Notes: a model not told the origin generated them from the sequence alone. A stretch of 64,000 nucleotides of DNA from Candidatus Omnitrophota bacterium (GCA_016206925.1 JACQQS010000017.1:2393-66392), one strand, 5' to 3'. Shown: positions 9,077-19,980, counted from the first letter of the stretch. Program-made: numbers and translations.

Positions 9077-9667
9077 ATGCAGCAAGAAGCAGACGTATTG
9101 ATTTGTTTGGAAGAGCAGATCCGCGAAAAATGCGAGGCTACTGTGCAGAAGGCTGAAAGCGAAGCCGCTGCGATGCGGAAAAAGGCACAATCGGATGCTG
9201 CTCAAATTGTTGCCGACGCACGCGCCAGAGCGGAAGCAAAGTTCACGCAAATCCGTCTGCGCTGTAAGTCGCAGGCCGCCCTCGAAGCAGGCCAGCTTCT
9301 AACGCGCGTAAAGGCGGAAGCCGTCAGCGAATCTATTAAGCTGGCCGGTTCCCGACTCGAGAATGTGCAAACCTCGCCGCGATATAAGTTCGCGCTTGCG
9401 AAGTTTCTCTCGGAAGCTTTGGAAGCTTTAAAGCCCTCGAGCGGCCCGTTTCGTATTATCGCACGGCGGGAAGACGAAAGTACATTAAAGGATTTGCTTT
9501 CCCACCAACGGGTTAATGCATCGATCGACCCCAGCGGAATTTTTTCCGGCGGTCTTGAAATTGTGGATGAGAAAGGTCATATGCGCGTCGTGAACACGTT
9601 CGAATCCCGTCTACGCCAGGGCTTCGAAGCGATCAGCGATCGCGTCCGGAAGGTCCTGCATGTCTGA
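9077..9667 (+). CDS. atpE: A/V-type ATPase subunit E
   Basis: N-terminal Ala/Glu-rich coiled coil plus C-terminal globular domain (GGLEIVDEKGHMRVVNTFESRL). Operon position fits. Confidence 0.8.
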   Translation: MQQEADVLICLEEQIREKCEATVQKAESEAAAMRKKAQSDAAQIVADARARAEAKFTQIRLRCKSQAALEAGQLLTRVKAEAVSESIKLAGSRLENVQTSPRYKFALAKFLSEALEALKPSSGPFRIIARREDESTLKDLLSHQRVNASIDPSGIFSGGLEIVDEKGHMRVVNTFESRLRQGFEAISDRVRKVLHV

Positions 9668-10703
9668 TTTTAATTATCTGAATGCCCGCATACGTTCTTC
9701 AAAAAAGATGCTGTTATCGCAAACCGATTTCGAACAGCTACTCGGTTCCGATTCAATTACCCAGATCAAGAACTGGCTCCTGGATTCCCCGCGCGGCGCT
9801 GACGTGCAGGAAGGCATTGCTGTCCACGAAGGGTTTGAAGGTCTTGAAAGCGGGCTTTCCAAGCACATGGAGCGTACTTACCGGAAACTGCTTGACTGGG
9901 CCGGTGACGATGCCCAAGCGCTGATTCAGGCCATTCTCCGCCGCTGGGACGTGCACAATTTAAAGACGCTGATCCGCGGAAAATATGCCGGGGTACGCGA
10001 GGAAGAACTGCTGTCGGCATGCATGCCGGCCTGTGATTTCACCTGGGACGAACTTGCGGAATTGGCCAGACAGCCGACGGTGCGGGATCTGGTCAACTTA
10101 CTCCTTACGTGGAACACCAGCTTGAAACGGCCGATTCTGAAACATCAGGAGTTTATTGCCAGCGGTCAGCGTGAAGCACTCACGGCGCTCGAATTTGCGT
10201 TGGACAATTATTACTACGAACTGGGCATAACGCACGCGGAAGAGTTGGCAGCCGATGCCGAACCCGTCATTTACCTGCTCAATATGGAAGCGGATATCGC
10301 GAACATACTCACGGTTTTGCGTTTGCTCGCCATCGAGGATCGCGAGAAAATCAAGTCCTTTTTGATTAACGGCGGGCATCTGGGGCTTGGCACCATACAT
10401 GGTCTTATTTACGCACCGACGCGGGGAGACGTTCTTGAAAAGCTCCGGTTGAGCTATCTTGGCCGCGCCGTTTCAAAACTGGAAATGGCCCAGCCGGAAA
10501 TTTCCAACATTGAGAAAGTTTTTCGCGCTGTCGTCAATGATTTTGCGTTAAAAAGCGGAAAGGACGATCCGCTTTCCATCGGTGTGGCGATTAACTTCAT
10601 CTGGAGAAAACAGACCGAGTTTACAAATTTGCGGCTGATTATTAAATCAAAAACTTTCGGTTTCTCCCGGAACCAGGTCGAGCAGGAGTTGGTGCATGGG
10701 TAA
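9660..10703 (+). CDS. atpC: A/V-type ATPase subunit C (eukaryotic d homolog)
   Basis: 347 aa all-helical protein, starts YLNARIR. Operon position between E and F. Confidence 0.8.
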   Translation: MSDFNYLNARIRSSKKMLLSQTDFEQLLGSDSITQIKNWLLDSPRGADVQEGIAVHEGFEGLESGLSKHMERTYRKLLDWAGDDAQALIQAILRRWDVHNLKTLIRGKYAGVREEELLSACMPACDFTWDELAELARQPTVRDLVNLLLTWNTSLKRPILKHQEFIASGQREALTALEFALDNYYYELGITHAEELAADAEPVIYLLNMEADIANILTVLRLLAIEDREKIKSFLINGGHLGLGTIHGLIYAPTRGDVLEKLRLSYLGRAVSKLEMAQPEISNIEKVFRAVVNDFALKSGKDDPLSIGVAINFIWRKQTEFTNLRLIIKSKTFGFSRNQVEQELVHG

Positions 10704-11016
10704 GATTTTGGCTTTGTCTCTTCCTGAGCTAGCCGGCGGCTTCCGCCTGGCCGGACTTGACACCGTCAGCGTCCGTTCCGATGAAGAAACGTACCGCGCT
10801 CTGATTCAGACAACGCATGACCGGAGTTATGAAATTATTGTACTTCCCCAGGAGCACTTGACGAATTTGGACGAAAGGAAGCGCAAGGAAATTGACCATT
10901 TAACGGAACAGGTTGTCGTACCGATTCCCATGACCAATCTTGAAAACCAGCCGTCGCCGAAAGGTTTTGTTTCAGAACTGGTTCGCCGGGCGATCGGGTT
11001 TCAAGTCAAAGTCTGA
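10696..11016 (+). CDS. atpF: A/V-type ATPase subunit F
   Basis: 106 aa. GFRLAGLD motif. Operon position fits. Confidence 0.8.
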   Translation: MGKILALSLPELAGGFRLAGLDTVSVRSDEETYRALIQTTHDRSYEIIVLPQEHLTNLDERKRKEIDHLTEQVVVPIPMTNLENQPSPKGFVSELVRRAIGFQVKV

Positions 11017-11036
11017 GATTAAACAGGAGAACACAA

Positions 11037-12836
11037 ATGTCCACGGTTAAAGGAAAAATCATCAAAATCTCGGGCCCTGCCGTCATTGCAGACAGTATGA
11101 CCGGCGCGCGGATGTATGACATCTGCCGTGTCGGAAAAGCCGGCCTAATCGGTGAAATTATCCGCTTAAACGGCGACACGGCTTTTCTGCAGGTTTACGA
11201 AGACACTTCGGGGCTCTATCTGGGCGAGCCCGTTGAAAGCGAAGGTATTCCGCTTTCTGTGGAGCTGGGGCCCGGATTGCTCAGCGGCGTTTTTGACGGA
11301 ATCCTCCGCCCCCTCGAAAACATAGCCCAAGCCAGCGGTGATTTCATCGCGCGCGGCATTCGAACACCCGCATTGAATCGCGAAAAAAAATGGTCCTTTA
11401 AACCCGCTCTGAAAAAAGGCGATAAGGTCGGACCGGGCGATATTCTTGGCGAAGTCCAGGAGACAAAAAGTTTGGTGCACCGAATCCTGGTTCCTCCCGC
11501 GACAAAACCCGGCGTGATCAAGCGAATTGAAGCCGGCAGCTTTACCGTAACAGAGCCAGTGGCCGAGCTCGAAGACGGCACGAAGCTTCAGCTCATGCAT
11601 TATTGGGGCGTAAAATCTCCGCGGCCGGTCAAGAGAAAGTTTGAACCCACAAAACCGTTTATCACGGGCCAGAGAATATTTGATGTGCTTTTCCCTATCG
11701 CGCTTGGTGGCAACGCGGCCATTCCGGGTCCGTTCGGTTCCGGAAAAACCGTAGCCGAACAAACACTCGCAAAATTCTCCGAAGCCGACATTATTATTTA
11801 CGTCGGATGCGGCGAGCGCGGCAATGAAATGACCGATGTTCTCGCGGAATTTCCGGAGCTCACCGATCCAAAGACCGGCGGCCCGCTTATGGACCGTACG
11901 GTACTTGTAGTCAATACATCGAATATGCCAGTGGCCGCGCGCGAAGCTTCCATTTACACGGGTATCACGCTGGCGGAATATTATCGCGATATGGGTTACA
12001 CCGTAGCGCTTATGGCGGATTCCACATCGCGTTGGGCCGAAGCGCTGCGCGAAATTTCATCGCGGCTTGAAGAAATGCCCGGCGAAGAGGGTTATCCGAC
12101 CTACTTAGCCACGCGCCTTGCCAATTTCTATGAACGCTCGGGGCTCGTAGAAACGCTCGGCGGCGGGGCGCGACAGGGTTCGGTAACAATTGTCGGCGCT
12201 GTTTCGCCGCCCGGAGGGGATTTTTCCGAACCGGTTACGCAGGCAACGCAGAGGATCGTCGGCGGATTCTGGGCGCTCGATGCACAACTTGCCTACCGCC
12301 GCCATTTCCCTTCCGTGAACTGGAACAAGAGTTACACCTTGTACTACGGGCTTCTTCAAAAATGGTATGAAAAAGAAGTCGACCCGGCTTGGACGCGCCA
12401 GCGCGAACGGATGTTCAATCTGATCGGAAAAGATGCGTCCCTCCAGGAAATTGTGCAACTCGTCGGCCCCGATGCTTTGCAGGATTCCGAACGCCTCATT
12501 CTCGAATTCGGCCGCATGATCCGTGAGGACTTCCTGCAGCAGAATGCCTTTCACGAAGTTGACTGTACTTGCCCGCTTAAAAAGGCGCATGCAATGCTTT
12601 CCATGATTTTGAAATTCTACGATCTAGGCGTGCACGCAGTCGAATCCAAAGTTCCGATTGATGAGATCAGCAAAATGCCCGTTAAGGAAGAAGTGGGCCG
12701 CTTGAAGGAAGTTCCCGCCGCTGATTTCGAACGCGCCATTAAAGATTTGAGCCGCCGGCTTGAAATTGATTTTTCAGCACTCGCGCGTAAAACTCATGAG
12801 GCGTTAGCTCCGAAAGAAACAGCGCCCGTTTCTTAA
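11037..12836 (+). CDS. atpA: A/V-type ATPase catalytic subunit A
   Basis: Walker [10 protein letters not shown]. The non-homologous insert region typical of A subunits is present. [19 protein letters not shown]. Confidence 0.95.
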   Translation: MSTVKGKIIKISGPAVIADSMTGARMYDICRVGKAGLIGEIIRLNGDTAFLQVYEDTSGLYLGEPVESEGIPLSVELGPGLLSGVFDGILRPLENIAQASGDFIARGIRTPALNREKKWSFKPALKKGDKVGPGDILGEVQETKSLVHRILVPPATKPGVIKRIEAGSFTVTEPVAELEDGTKLQLMHYWGVKSPRPVKRKFEPTKPFITGQRIFDVLFPIALGGNAAIPGPFGSGKTVAEQTLAKFSEADIIIYVGCGERGNEMTDVLAEFPELTDPKTGGPLMDRTVLVVNTSNMPVAAREASIYTGITLAEYYRDMGYTVALMADSTSRWAEALREISSRLEEMPGEEGYPTYLATRLANFYERSGLVETLGGGARQGSVTIVGAVSPPGGDFSEPVTQATQRIVGGFWALDAQLAYRRHFPSVNWNKSYTLYYGLLQKWYEKEVDPAWTRQRERMFNLIGKDASLQEIVQLVGPDALQDSERLILEFGRMIREDFLQQNAFHEVDCTCPLKKAHAMLSMILKFYDLGVHAVESKVPIDEISKMPVKEEVGRLKEVPAADFERAIKDLSRRLEIDFSALARKTHEALAPKETAPVS

Positions 12837-12856
12837 ACATTAGAGGAGTTTTTGCC

Positions 12857-14269
12857 ATGTCACTTGCAACTCAAGAATTTAAAACCGTAAAGTACGTATC
12901 AGGGCCGCTCATTTTTGTCGAACAGGGCGAGCGTTTTCCCTACGGCGCCATTCTGGATATTTTGCTTCCCAATGGCAGCATTCGAACCGGACAGGTGCTG
13001 GAAATTTCGAAAACGCATGCTGCCGTTCAAGTACTCGAGCAAACGGCCGGCATCGATGTCAAGGATACCGCAGTCCGCCTCCGCGCCGAAGTTGCAAAAA
13101 TAGGCGTGTCTAAAGATATGGTCGGCCGCACATTCAACGGTGCGGGAAAACCCATCGACGGGCTCCCGGACATTCTGCCGGAAACACAGCTTCCCATCAT
13201 TGGTCAGCCTATCAATCCGGTCCGCCGCGACAAACCCAACGATTTTGTGCAGACAGGTATTTCTTCCATTGATGGATTTAACACATTGGTCCGCGGACAG
13301 AAACTTCCCATTTTTTCCGGCTCCGGTCTGCCCGCCAATGAAATTGCTGCCCAGATTTTGGCGCAGGCGAAAGTACGCGGCGAAGCGGAACAATTCGTCG
13401 TTGTATTTGCCGCCATGGGTATTACACAGCGTGAGGCCGCGTTCTTTCTCGAAAGCTTCGAGGAAACTGGCGCAAAAAGCAACGTCGTGACGTTTTTAAA
13501 TTTGGCCAACGACCCCACCATCGAACGTTTGCTGACACCGCGCACGGCACTTACGGTCGCAGAATTTCTCGCGTTCCATCATGATTACCAGGTTTTAATT
13601 ATCCTCACCGATATGACCAACTACTGCGAAGCGCTTCGTGAGATCGGTACTGCCCGCGAAGAAATTCCAGGCCGCCGCGGCTATCCGGGCTACATGTACA
13701 CCGACTTGGCGCAAATTTACGAACGCGCCGGACGTATCAAAGGCAAGAAAGGCTCGGTCACGCAGATTCCGATCCTTACCATGCCGGACGACGATATTAC
13801 GCACCCTATTGCCGATCTGACCGGTTACATTACGGAAGGGCAAATCGTTTTGTCGCGCCAGCTTCACAGGCAGGGTATTTATCCGCCGATCGATATTCTT
13901 CCCAGCCTCAGCCGTCTTATGAATAATGGCATCGGTGAAGGCAAGACCAGGGCTGATCACCGCGAAGTCGCGAATCAGCTTTACGCGTGTTACGCCAACG
14001 GCCGCGATATCCGTAAACTGGTGGCCATTATCGGGGAAGATGCTTTGTCGGAATTGGACAAGAAATATTTGAAATTTGCAGAGCGCTTCGAAGCGGAAGT
14101 GATCGGGCAAGGCACGATCGACCGCAACATTGAAGACACGCTCCAGCTCGGCTGGCAACTGCTTTCCCTGCTTCCCACTTCGGAACTCAGGCGCGCCAGC
14201 AAAAAAACCATCGCGAAGTATCTGACTCCCATTATGAAAGATGGCGAATCCGCACTACATACCAAGTAG
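12857..14269 (+). CDS. atpB: A/V-type ATPase subunit B
   Basis: 470 aa. Motifs [27 protein letters not shown] and PDDDITHPI. Confidence 0.95.
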   Translation: MSLATQEFKTVKYVSGPLIFVEQGERFPYGAILDILLPNGSIRTGQVLEISKTHAAVQVLEQTAGIDVKDTAVRLRAEVAKIGVSKDMVGRTFNGAGKPIDGLPDILPETQLPIIGQPINPVRRDKPNDFVQTGISSIDGFNTLVRGQKLPIFSGSGLPANEIAAQILAQAKVRGEAEQFVVVFAAMGITQREAAFFLESFEETGAKSNVVTFLNLANDPTIERLLTPRTALTVAEFLAFHHDYQVLIILTDMTNYCEALREIGTAREEIPGRRGYPGYMYTDLAQIYERAGRIKGKKGSVTQIPILTMPDDDITHPIADLTGYITEGQIVLSRQLHRQGIYPPIDILPSLSRLMNNGIGEGKTRADHREVANQLYACYANGRDIRKLVAIIGEDALSELDKKYLKFAERFEAEVIGQGTIDRNIEDTLQLGWQLLSLLPTSELRRASKKTIAKYLTPIMKDGESALHTK

Positions 14270-14617
14270 CAAGTAGCGAAGTAGCAAGGAAAATACAAGA
14301 GAAATTGACTATGATCGAAACTGTTGAGCAAGAGAATTTACAAAAAGGATTTAGAGGTTTAAAAGCCTGGCAAGAATCTTATCAACTCGCTTTGGAGGTA
14401 TACAAAGCAACAGAAGCTTTCCCAATGCAAGAGCGATTTAGCCTCACTTTGCAAATCAGAAAAGCAGCCTTGTCGGTAAGCAGTAATATTGCAGAAGGGT
14501 ACGAAAGAAGATCACGCAAAGAATTCGCTAAGGGTTTAATGAGGTCTGTATGCGCGTAGCATCTCCGTCCATATTTTTTCCTTTTCCCTTGCTACTTGCT
14601 CCTTCGCTACTTGCTAC
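14266..14617 (+). mobile_element. Inverted-repeat-bounded cassette (IVS-like) carrying a four-helix-bundle ORF, inserted between atpB and atpD
   Basis: The left arm GTAGCAAGTAGCGAAGTAGCAAGGAAAA (14266-14293) overlaps the atpB stop. The right arm TTTTCCCTTGCTACTTGCTCCTTCGCTACTTGCTAC (14583-14617) is its reverse complement apart from a 1-nt and a 7-nt indel. Confidence 0.6.
14311..14559 (+). CDS. four-helix-bundle protein (23S rRNA intervening-sequence protein / Avd family), C-terminally truncated, possible pseudogene
   Basis: LKAWQESYQLALEVYKATEAFPMQERFSLTLQIRKAALSVSSNIAEGYERRSRKEF fits the family pattern. It ends at about 82 aa, where family members as I recall are about 115-125 aa. Confidence 0.65.
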   Translation: MIETVEQENLQKGFRGLKAWQESYQLALEVYKATEAFPMQERFSLTLQIRKAALSVSSNIAEGYERRSRKEFAKGLMRSVCA

Positions 14618-14635
14618 CATCTCCAAAGGTGCTTA

Positions 14636-15253
14636 ATGGAACAAGTCTCTCCTACAAGAATGAATTTGATTCAGCGGAAGCTGCAGATCAAAATGGCCAA
14701 ACAAGGCGTCGATCTGCTCAAGAACAAGAGAGACGCGCTCATCCGTGAATTCTTCGAACTGGTGAAGCCGCTTGTCGCGTTGCGGGAAGAATTAAACGCA
14801 AAGCTTTCGCGCGCAGGTTGGAACCTGTTTCTCGCTTCCTCCTACGAAGGCGAAGAGCGCGTTCGTTCTGCCGGAATGGCCGCCAAGGATAATTTTACCG
14901 TAAAGACCAAAAACCGGAATCTCTGGGGCATACGCATTCGCGATATTGAGCCTACTCCCCGCAAACGAAGTCCGCTTGAACGCGGCTATGCGGTCAGCGG
15001 TGTCGGCGCACGCATCGATCAAGCCGCAGACGCATTTGAGGAACTCATCGATACGGTTCTCAAACTTGCGCCGGTTGAACAGAAATTGAAGAAATTTGGC
15101 GAGGAGACAAAGAAAACAACACGGCGCGTTAATGCTCTTGAACAGGCCTTGATTCCGCGCTTGATCTCCGAACGACGTTACATCCAGCAGGTCCTCGAAG
15201 AACGCGAGCGTGAAGATGTATTTCGCCTAAAACACATCAAGCGAAAGCGGTAG
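14636..15253 (+). CDS. atpD: A/V-type ATPase central-stalk subunit D
   Basis: Starts VSPTRMNLIQRKLQIKMAKQGVDLLKNKRDAL and ends TTRRVNALEQALIPRL, typical of D subunits. Confidence 0.9.
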   Translation: MEQVSPTRMNLIQRKLQIKMAKQGVDLLKNKRDALIREFFELVKPLVALREELNAKLSRAGWNLFLASSYEGEERVRSAGMAAKDNFTVKTKNRNLWGIRIRDIEPTPRKRSPLERGYAVSGVGARIDQAADAFEELIDTVLKLAPVEQKLKKFGEETKKTTRRVNALEQALIPRLISERRYIQQVLEEREREDVFRLKHIKRKR

Positions 15254-15350
15254 CTTGTTAAAGAAGTACTCCATTCCCAAGCCTCGTAAAAAATTCCGTA
15301 ACATAAAGACCGATAAAAGCTTACGTGTGAAATCGACACAAGTCTTTCCG

Positions 15351-15379
15351 TTGACTTTGCGTTGTAGTGCCCGTACAAT
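15351..15379 (+). promoter_or_regulatory. near-consensus sigma70 promoter for nuo operon 1
   Basis: TTGACT (15351-15356), 17-nt spacer, TACAAT (15374-15379). It lies about 28 nt upstream of the nuoA ORF. Confidence 0.6.
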
Positions 15380-15406
15380 TTGCACTTAATCTTTCATGTA
15401 AGTTAA

Positions 15407-15802
15407 ATGTCACCTAGAGGGCTAAATCCAACCATTATGGACTCTTATTATTCGAGTTACCTTTTTATAGCCGTATTTTTCTGCGTGGCGCTCGTTTTTC
15501 CCGTTCTCCCCTTGATTCTCGCCAAGTTTATTGCACCCAAGAAGCCTTCGCCTATCAAACAAGCTACCTACGAATGCGGTGTCGAAGCCACCGGGGACGC
15601 GTGGGCGCAAATTCGCGTTCAGTACTACATATTTGCCCTGATTTTCGTCATATTCGATATTGAAGCTGTTTTCGTTTTCCCCTGGGCCGTTGCCTATCGG
15701 CAACTCGGCCTTTTTGCTTTTGTGGAAATGATGATTTTCCTCGGCATATTAATCGGCGGCTGGGCTTACGCCTGGAAAAAAGGTGCATTGGAATGGGACT
15801 AG
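15407..15802 (+). CDS. nuoA: NADH-quinone oxidoreductase subunit A (copy 1)
   Basis: Three TM helices. YECG motif. Alternative start at 15437 (MDSYY). Confidence 0.85.
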   Translation: MSPRGLNPTIMDSYYSSYLFIAVFFCVALVFPVLPLILAKFIAPKKPSPIKQATYECGVEATGDAWAQIRVQYYIFALIFVIFDIEAVFVFPWAVAYRQLGLFAFVEMMIFLGILIGGWAYAWKKGALEWD

Positions 15803-16494
15803 CATCCGGCTCCCCCACGGTTGACCAGGGATTAAAGAGCGAATTAGAGAAGGAAGGCGTTGTCCTCACCACGCTTGAACAACTCTACAATTGGGGCAGG
15901 CGCTCATCCATTTGGCCTTTGCAATTCGGTCTTGCCTGCTGCGCGATCGAAATGATCGCCACAGCCTGTGCGCGTTATGATATCGCACGGTTCGGCGCCG
16001 AACTTTTTCGGCCGTCACCCCGTCAAGCCGACCTCATGATTGTAGCCGGAACCGTGACCAAGAAAATGACGCCCCAAGTGGTGCGGCTTTACAATCAGAT
16101 GGCGGAACCAAAATACGTCATCACGATGGGCGCTTGTTCAATCGCAGGAGGACCGTTCAAAGAGGGTTACAACGTACTTCAAGGCATTGACCGGTTTATT
16201 CCGGTTGACGTGCATATTCCGGGCTGCCCCCCAAGACCGGAAGCTCTGCTTGACGGCCTCATGAAACTTCAGAAAAAAATTGACGGCCAATCGATCGAAA
16301 GCGCCGAATGGTACCAGCAAGGCCAGAAACGCGAATTTCCCATTCCTGCTTTCGGCCCGAAGGGTTTGGAACCGCCTTACAATCCAGAAGTCTGGAAGCC
16401 GAGGGAATACGAACAAAAGAAACAAACGGAGGCCGAAGCACGGAAAATTCACGGCACCATTCACGATCCTAAACAATCGGCAGTGTCGCAATGA
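15793..16494 (+). CDS. nuoB: complex I subunit B (copy 1) with a C-terminal extension of about 70 aa
   Basis: N2-cluster motifs [16 protein letters not shown] and PGCPPRPE. A Lys/Glu/Pro-rich tail follows LMKLQKKI. Confidence 0.9.
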   Translation: MGLASGSPTVDQGLKSELEKEGVVLTTLEQLYNWGRRSSIWPLQFGLACCAIEMIATACARYDIARFGAELFRPSPRQADLMIVAGTVTKKMTPQVVRLYNQMAEPKYVITMGACSIAGGPFKEGYNVLQGIDRFIPVDVHIPGCPPRPEALLDGLMKLQKKIDGQSIESAEWYQQGQKREFPIPAFGPKGLEPPYNPEVWKPREYEQKKQTEAEARKIHGTIHDPKQSAVSQ

Positions 16495-16958
16495 TTCAGC
16501 TGGAAGAAGTCAAAGCGGAACTTGAGAAGTCACTGGGCGTTCAAACTGAGCTTTCGGGCTCCGGATTGCTTGTTCCTAAAAGCCGGCTCCTCGATGTTTT
16601 TAAGTTTCTGAAAGAGAACGCGAAATATCAGATGGACTATATTTCCAACCTCTGCGCGGTGGACTACCTAAAGCAGAGCCAGATTGAAATTGTTTATCAT
16701 CTTTACTCCATGAGAAATAAAACGGGGCCCATCGGAATAAAAGTCAGAACGGACAGGCAGGATTGCATCGTTCCCTCTGCGACACCGCTCTTCCGAGGAG
16801 CAGAATTTCAAGAGCGAGAAGCATTCGATTTGTACGGAGTGAAATTTGAAGGCCACACCGATTTGCGGAGGATTCTCATGTGGGACGGGTTCGAAGGATT
16901 TCCCATGAGAAAAGATTATGTGCACGAAGACGAGGATAGGTATGTTGAGCACCCTTGA
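16491..16958 (+). CDS. nuoC: complex I subunit C (copy 1)
   Basis: [22 protein letters not shown] motif. Operon position fits. Confidence 0.85.
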   Translation: MIQLEEVKAELEKSLGVQTELSGSGLLVPKSRLLDVFKFLKENAKYQMDYISNLCAVDYLKQSQIEIVYHLYSMRNKTGPIGIKVRTDRQDCIVPSATPLFRGAEFQEREAFDLYGVKFEGHTDLRRILMWDGFEGFPMRKDYVHEDEDRYVEHP

Positions 16959-16968
16959 TAACATTGTA

Positions 16969-17015
16969 GGCGGGGCATCTTGCCCCGCAAATAGCCGGGG
17001 CTAGAAGCCCGGCTA
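16969..17015. repeat. Two tandem GC-rich REP-like hairpins between nuoC and nuoD
   Basis: GCGGGGCA-tct-TGCCCCGC (16970-16988) and TAGCCGGG-gctagaag-CCCGGCTA (16992-17015). Confidence 0.75.
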
Positions 17016-17035
17016 CACAAGTCGAAGGCGATGAA

Positions 17036-18190
17036 ATGACTAATACGATAGAAACACAAACAAGGCCATCTCTCTCAACACAGCAGCTGGAAGTGAGCAT
17101 CGGGCCGCAGCATCCTTCCACGCACGGCGTTTTCAGAATGAACGTCGTCCTAGACGGCGAAACGATCGTCAAGCTGAAACCGGTTATGGGCTATCTTCAT
17201 CGGAATCATGAACAGCTCGCTGAAAATATGAGCTGGCTCGGAAGCATGCCCTATACCGACCGCCTTGATTATTTCTGCTCTATGACAAACAACATAGCTT
17301 ACGCACTCGCCGTTGAAAAACTCATGGGCATCGATGTGCCCGAACGCGCCCAATACATCCGCGTGATCATGGCGGAACTCACCCGGCTCGTTAACCATAC
17401 TGCTCTGGTCGGTTTTCTTCTGAACGATCTCGGCGCATTTTTTACGCCGGTACTTTACGCATTCCGCGAGCGCGAAAAAATTCTGGACTTGTTTGAAAGC
17501 GTTGCCGGCTCGCGAATGATGTGTAACTACATGCGTTTCGGCGGCGTCAAGCTTGATTTGCCCGATGGCTTTGTTGACTGCGCGAAGGCTATCGTGGACA
17601 ATTACCCGCCGTTTCTGGAAGAAATGGAAAGACTTCTCACCAAGAACGAGATCTTGATGGCGCGCTGCCAGAATGTCGGCATTCTTCTCAAGGATCTTGC
17701 TGTCAATGCCAGCGTGACCGGCCCTGTTCTTCGCGCCTCGGGTGTTAACTACGACATTCGAAAAATTGACAAGTACGGCATTTACGACCGGTTCGATTTT
17801 AAAGTCCCGCTGGGCACCGTGGGCGATGTTTACGACCGTTACTATGTCCGCATTCTGGAAATGCGCGAAAGCTTAAAGATCCTGAGGCAGGCCTTTAAGG
17901 AACTGTCTGCTGGCCCGGTGATCAGCCAAAAAGGACTTATTGCCGCAAAGTCACCGAGAAATATGAAAGTGCCTGCCGGTGACGCTTACGGCCGGATCGA
18001 AGCTCCCAAAGGCGAACTGGGTTTTTACATCGTGAGCGAAGGCGGTACCAAGCCGTACAGATATCACGTGCGCGCGCCAAGTTTCATCAACCTGACCATC
18101 CTGGAAGACATGTGCCTCGGCCACAAGGTTGCCGATGCGATCATTATTCTCGGAAGCATCGACATTGTGCTCGGGGAGGTAGATCGATAA
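17036..18190 (+). CDS. nuoD: complex I subunit D (copy 1, short NdhH/FpoD-like form)
   Basis: [21 protein letters not shown], and a C-terminal [16 protein letters not shown]...[11 protein letters not shown]. Confidence 0.9.
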   Translation: MTNTIETQTRPSLSTQQLEVSIGPQHPSTHGVFRMNVVLDGETIVKLKPVMGYLHRNHEQLAENMSWLGSMPYTDRLDYFCSMTNNIAYALAVEKLMGIDVPERAQYIRVIMAELTRLVNHTALVGFLLNDLGAFFTPVLYAFREREKILDLFESVAGSRMMCNYMRFGGVKLDLPDGFVDCAKAIVDNYPPFLEEMERLLTKNEILMARCQNVGILLKDLAVNASVTGPVLRASGVNYDIRKIDKYGIYDRFDFKVPLGTVGDVYDRYYVRILEMRESLKILRQAFKELSAGPVISQKGLIAAKSPRNMKVPAGDAYGRIEAPKGELGFYIVSEGGTKPYRYHVRAPSFINLTILEDMCLGHKVADAIIILGSIDIVLGEVDR

Positions 18191-18747
18191 TGTGGGGCAC
18201 GGGCGTACTTAAAGGAATGGCCGTAACGATCAAGAATTTTTTCGATACATACACTTCGAAAAACGGAATTTTCACGGTGGAATATCCCGAGAAGCGCCTG
18301 CCTGAAAAAGAACGCTTCCGGAATTTTCCGATACTTGTTTATGATGAAAAACCGGAAGAGCTCCGTTGTGTCGCCTGCGATATCTGCGCCAAAGAATGCC
18401 CACCAAAATGTATTACCATTGTCAAAGCAAAGGATGCCCAGGGCAAACCGCTGAAACAGCCTGAAGTCTTCGACATCGATTTTACCGTTTGCATGAATTG
18501 CGGCATCTGCGAGGAAACCTGCCCCTTTGATGCCATTTACATGGATCATGAATTCGAGCTGGCTGAGTACGACCGCATGGATGCTTTGATTTACAAAAAG
18601 GAGCGGCTTTCCCGCCCTTGGACTCATTTTGAAAAAATCCGCCCCACGGATGCCAAGGAAATCAATGAGAGGCGCGCCAAAGACGCGACAAAAACGGCTG
18701 CAGCTGTTAAACCAGCGCCTCCGCAAGCAAGTAACCAACAAACATAA
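18190..18747 (+). CDS. nuoI: complex I subunit I (copy 1), 2x[4Fe-4S]
   Basis: CVACDICAKECP and CMNCGICEETCP. The ATG at 18190 overlaps the nuoD stop. It sits before nuoH, which is a non-canonical order. Confidence 0.85.
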   Translation: MWGTGVLKGMAVTIKNFFDTYTSKNGIFTVEYPEKRLPEKERFRNFPILVYDEKPEELRCVACDICAKECPPKCITIVKAKDAQGKPLKQPEVFDIDFTVCMNCGICEETCPFDAIYMDHEFELAEYDRMDALIYKKERLSRPWTHFEKIRPTDAKEINERRAKDATKTAAAVKPAPPQASNQQT

Positions 18748-18753
18748 AGGAAT

Positions 18754-18810
18754 GTCATTCCCGCGTAAGCGGGAATCCAGTTGCTAGACCCCCGCTTTCG
18801 CGGGAGTGAC
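18754..18810. repeat. Pair of inverted REP-like units (GTCATTCCCGCGTAAGCGGGAATCCAG type) between nuoI and nuoH
   Basis: ATTCCCGC-gtaa-GCGGGAAT (18757-18776) and CCCGC-tttc-GCGGG (18791-18804). The second unit is an inverted diverged copy of the first. Confidence 0.8.
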
Positions 18811-18822
18811 ATCAAAGAATGC

Positions 18823-19974
18823 ATGGAAAATTTGGATCAAATTTTTGTTCAAGCTAAGAGAACGGTTATGAATCTTGCCGAAAGCGTTCTACCTCAGCCA
18901 CTCGTCCTGCTTGTTTCCATGCTGATAAGCATCGGTGTAATTGCGGCAATCGGACCCGTGATCATGATGTACCTCACATGGCTCGAGCGTAAGGTCGTCG
19001 GCAGAATTCAAAACCGCATAGGCCCAAATCGCGTCGGAAAGTTCGGCTTGCTTCAACCAATCGCGGACGGCATTAAAATGCTGACTAAAGAAGACATCGT
19101 TCCCGAAGGCGCCGACCATATCCTGCATTTTCTGTCCCCCGTCCTGGTTGTAGTCCCGGCACTTCTTGTGCTCGGTCTTCTTCCTTGGGGACGCAATATG
19201 GCCGCGGTAGATTTACAAGTCGGTCTCCTTCTTTTCTTTGCCATTACTTCGACGGGCACGCTTTCCATATTTCTCGGCGCCTGGGGCTCACGCAACAAGT
19301 TCTCTCTCTTGGGCGCGCTCCGAGCGGTAGCTCAGCTAATCTCCTATGAGATTCCCCAGGTTTTCTCTGCAGTCGTCGTGATCATGCATACGCAAACCAT
19401 TTCTATTGTGGAGATTGTAAACGCACAGCCGGGATTTAACTGGTTCGTATTCACCCCATGGGGATTTACGGGACTTGTACTTTTTTACATTGCAAGCGTC
19501 GCGGAATGCAACAGAACACCCTTCGATCTGCCGGAAGCCGAATCCGAAATAGTCGCGGGGTTCCACACCGAGTATAGCGGCATGAAGTTTGCGTTATTCT
19601 ACATGGCGGAATTCCTGCAGGTTTTCTCTTTGTCCGCTCTCGCCGCCGCCCTTTTTCTCGGAGGATGGCAAGGTCCCTTTTTACCCAGCTGGATTTGGTT
19701 TTTCTTAAAAACCTACGGATTGATTTTTATCATGCTTTGGTTTCGCGGCACGTTTCCGCGTCTCCGCGTGGACCAGCTCATGGGGTTTGCCTGGAAATTT
19801 CTCTTGCCCATGAGCATGATCAATATTGTTGTGGTAGGCATCTGGACTTATGCTTCTCCGATCGTTGCTTGGGTGCTCGGTATTCTTATTATCGCGATTT
19901 CATTCGGCGTTCTGGCAAAATTAAATACCCGCTACCACATCGAGCGCAACCGTAAATTCATATTGGCGGAATAA
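18823..19974 (+). CDS. nuoH: complex I subunit H (copy 1)
   Basis: WLERKVVGRIQNRIGPNRVG and the RTPFDLPEAESEIVAGFHTEYSG motif. The start is uncertain (18823 or 18868). The ORF-track start at 18781 translates the REP hairpin. Confidence 0.85.
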   Translation: MENLDQIFVQAKRTVMNLAESVLPQPLVLLVSMLISIGVIAAIGPVIMMYLTWLERKVVGRIQNRIGPNRVGKFGLLQPIADGIKMLTKEDIVPEGADHILHFLSPVLVVVPALLVLGLLPWGRNMAAVDLQVGLLLFFAITSTGTLSIFLGAWGSRNKFSLLGALRAVAQLISYEIPQVFSAVVVIMHTQTISIVEIVNAQPGFNWFVFTPWGFTGLVLFYIASVAECNRTPFDLPEAESEIVAGFHTEYSGMKFALFYMAEFLQVFSLSALAAALFLGGWQGPFLPSWIWFFLKTYGLIFIMLWFRGTFPRLRVDQLMGFAWKFLLPMSMINIVVVGIWTYASPIVAWVLGILIIAISFGVLAKLNTRYHIERNRKFILAE

Positions 19975-19980
19975 AAGCAC

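Noticed and set aside
14305-14559. Possibility that the four-helix-bundle ORF marks a diversity-generating retroelement (Avd)
   Set aside because: No reverse transcriptase, template/variable repeat pair or target gene is visible anywhere in the window. The ORF is truncated and bounded by inverted arms, which fits an IVS-like cassette better.
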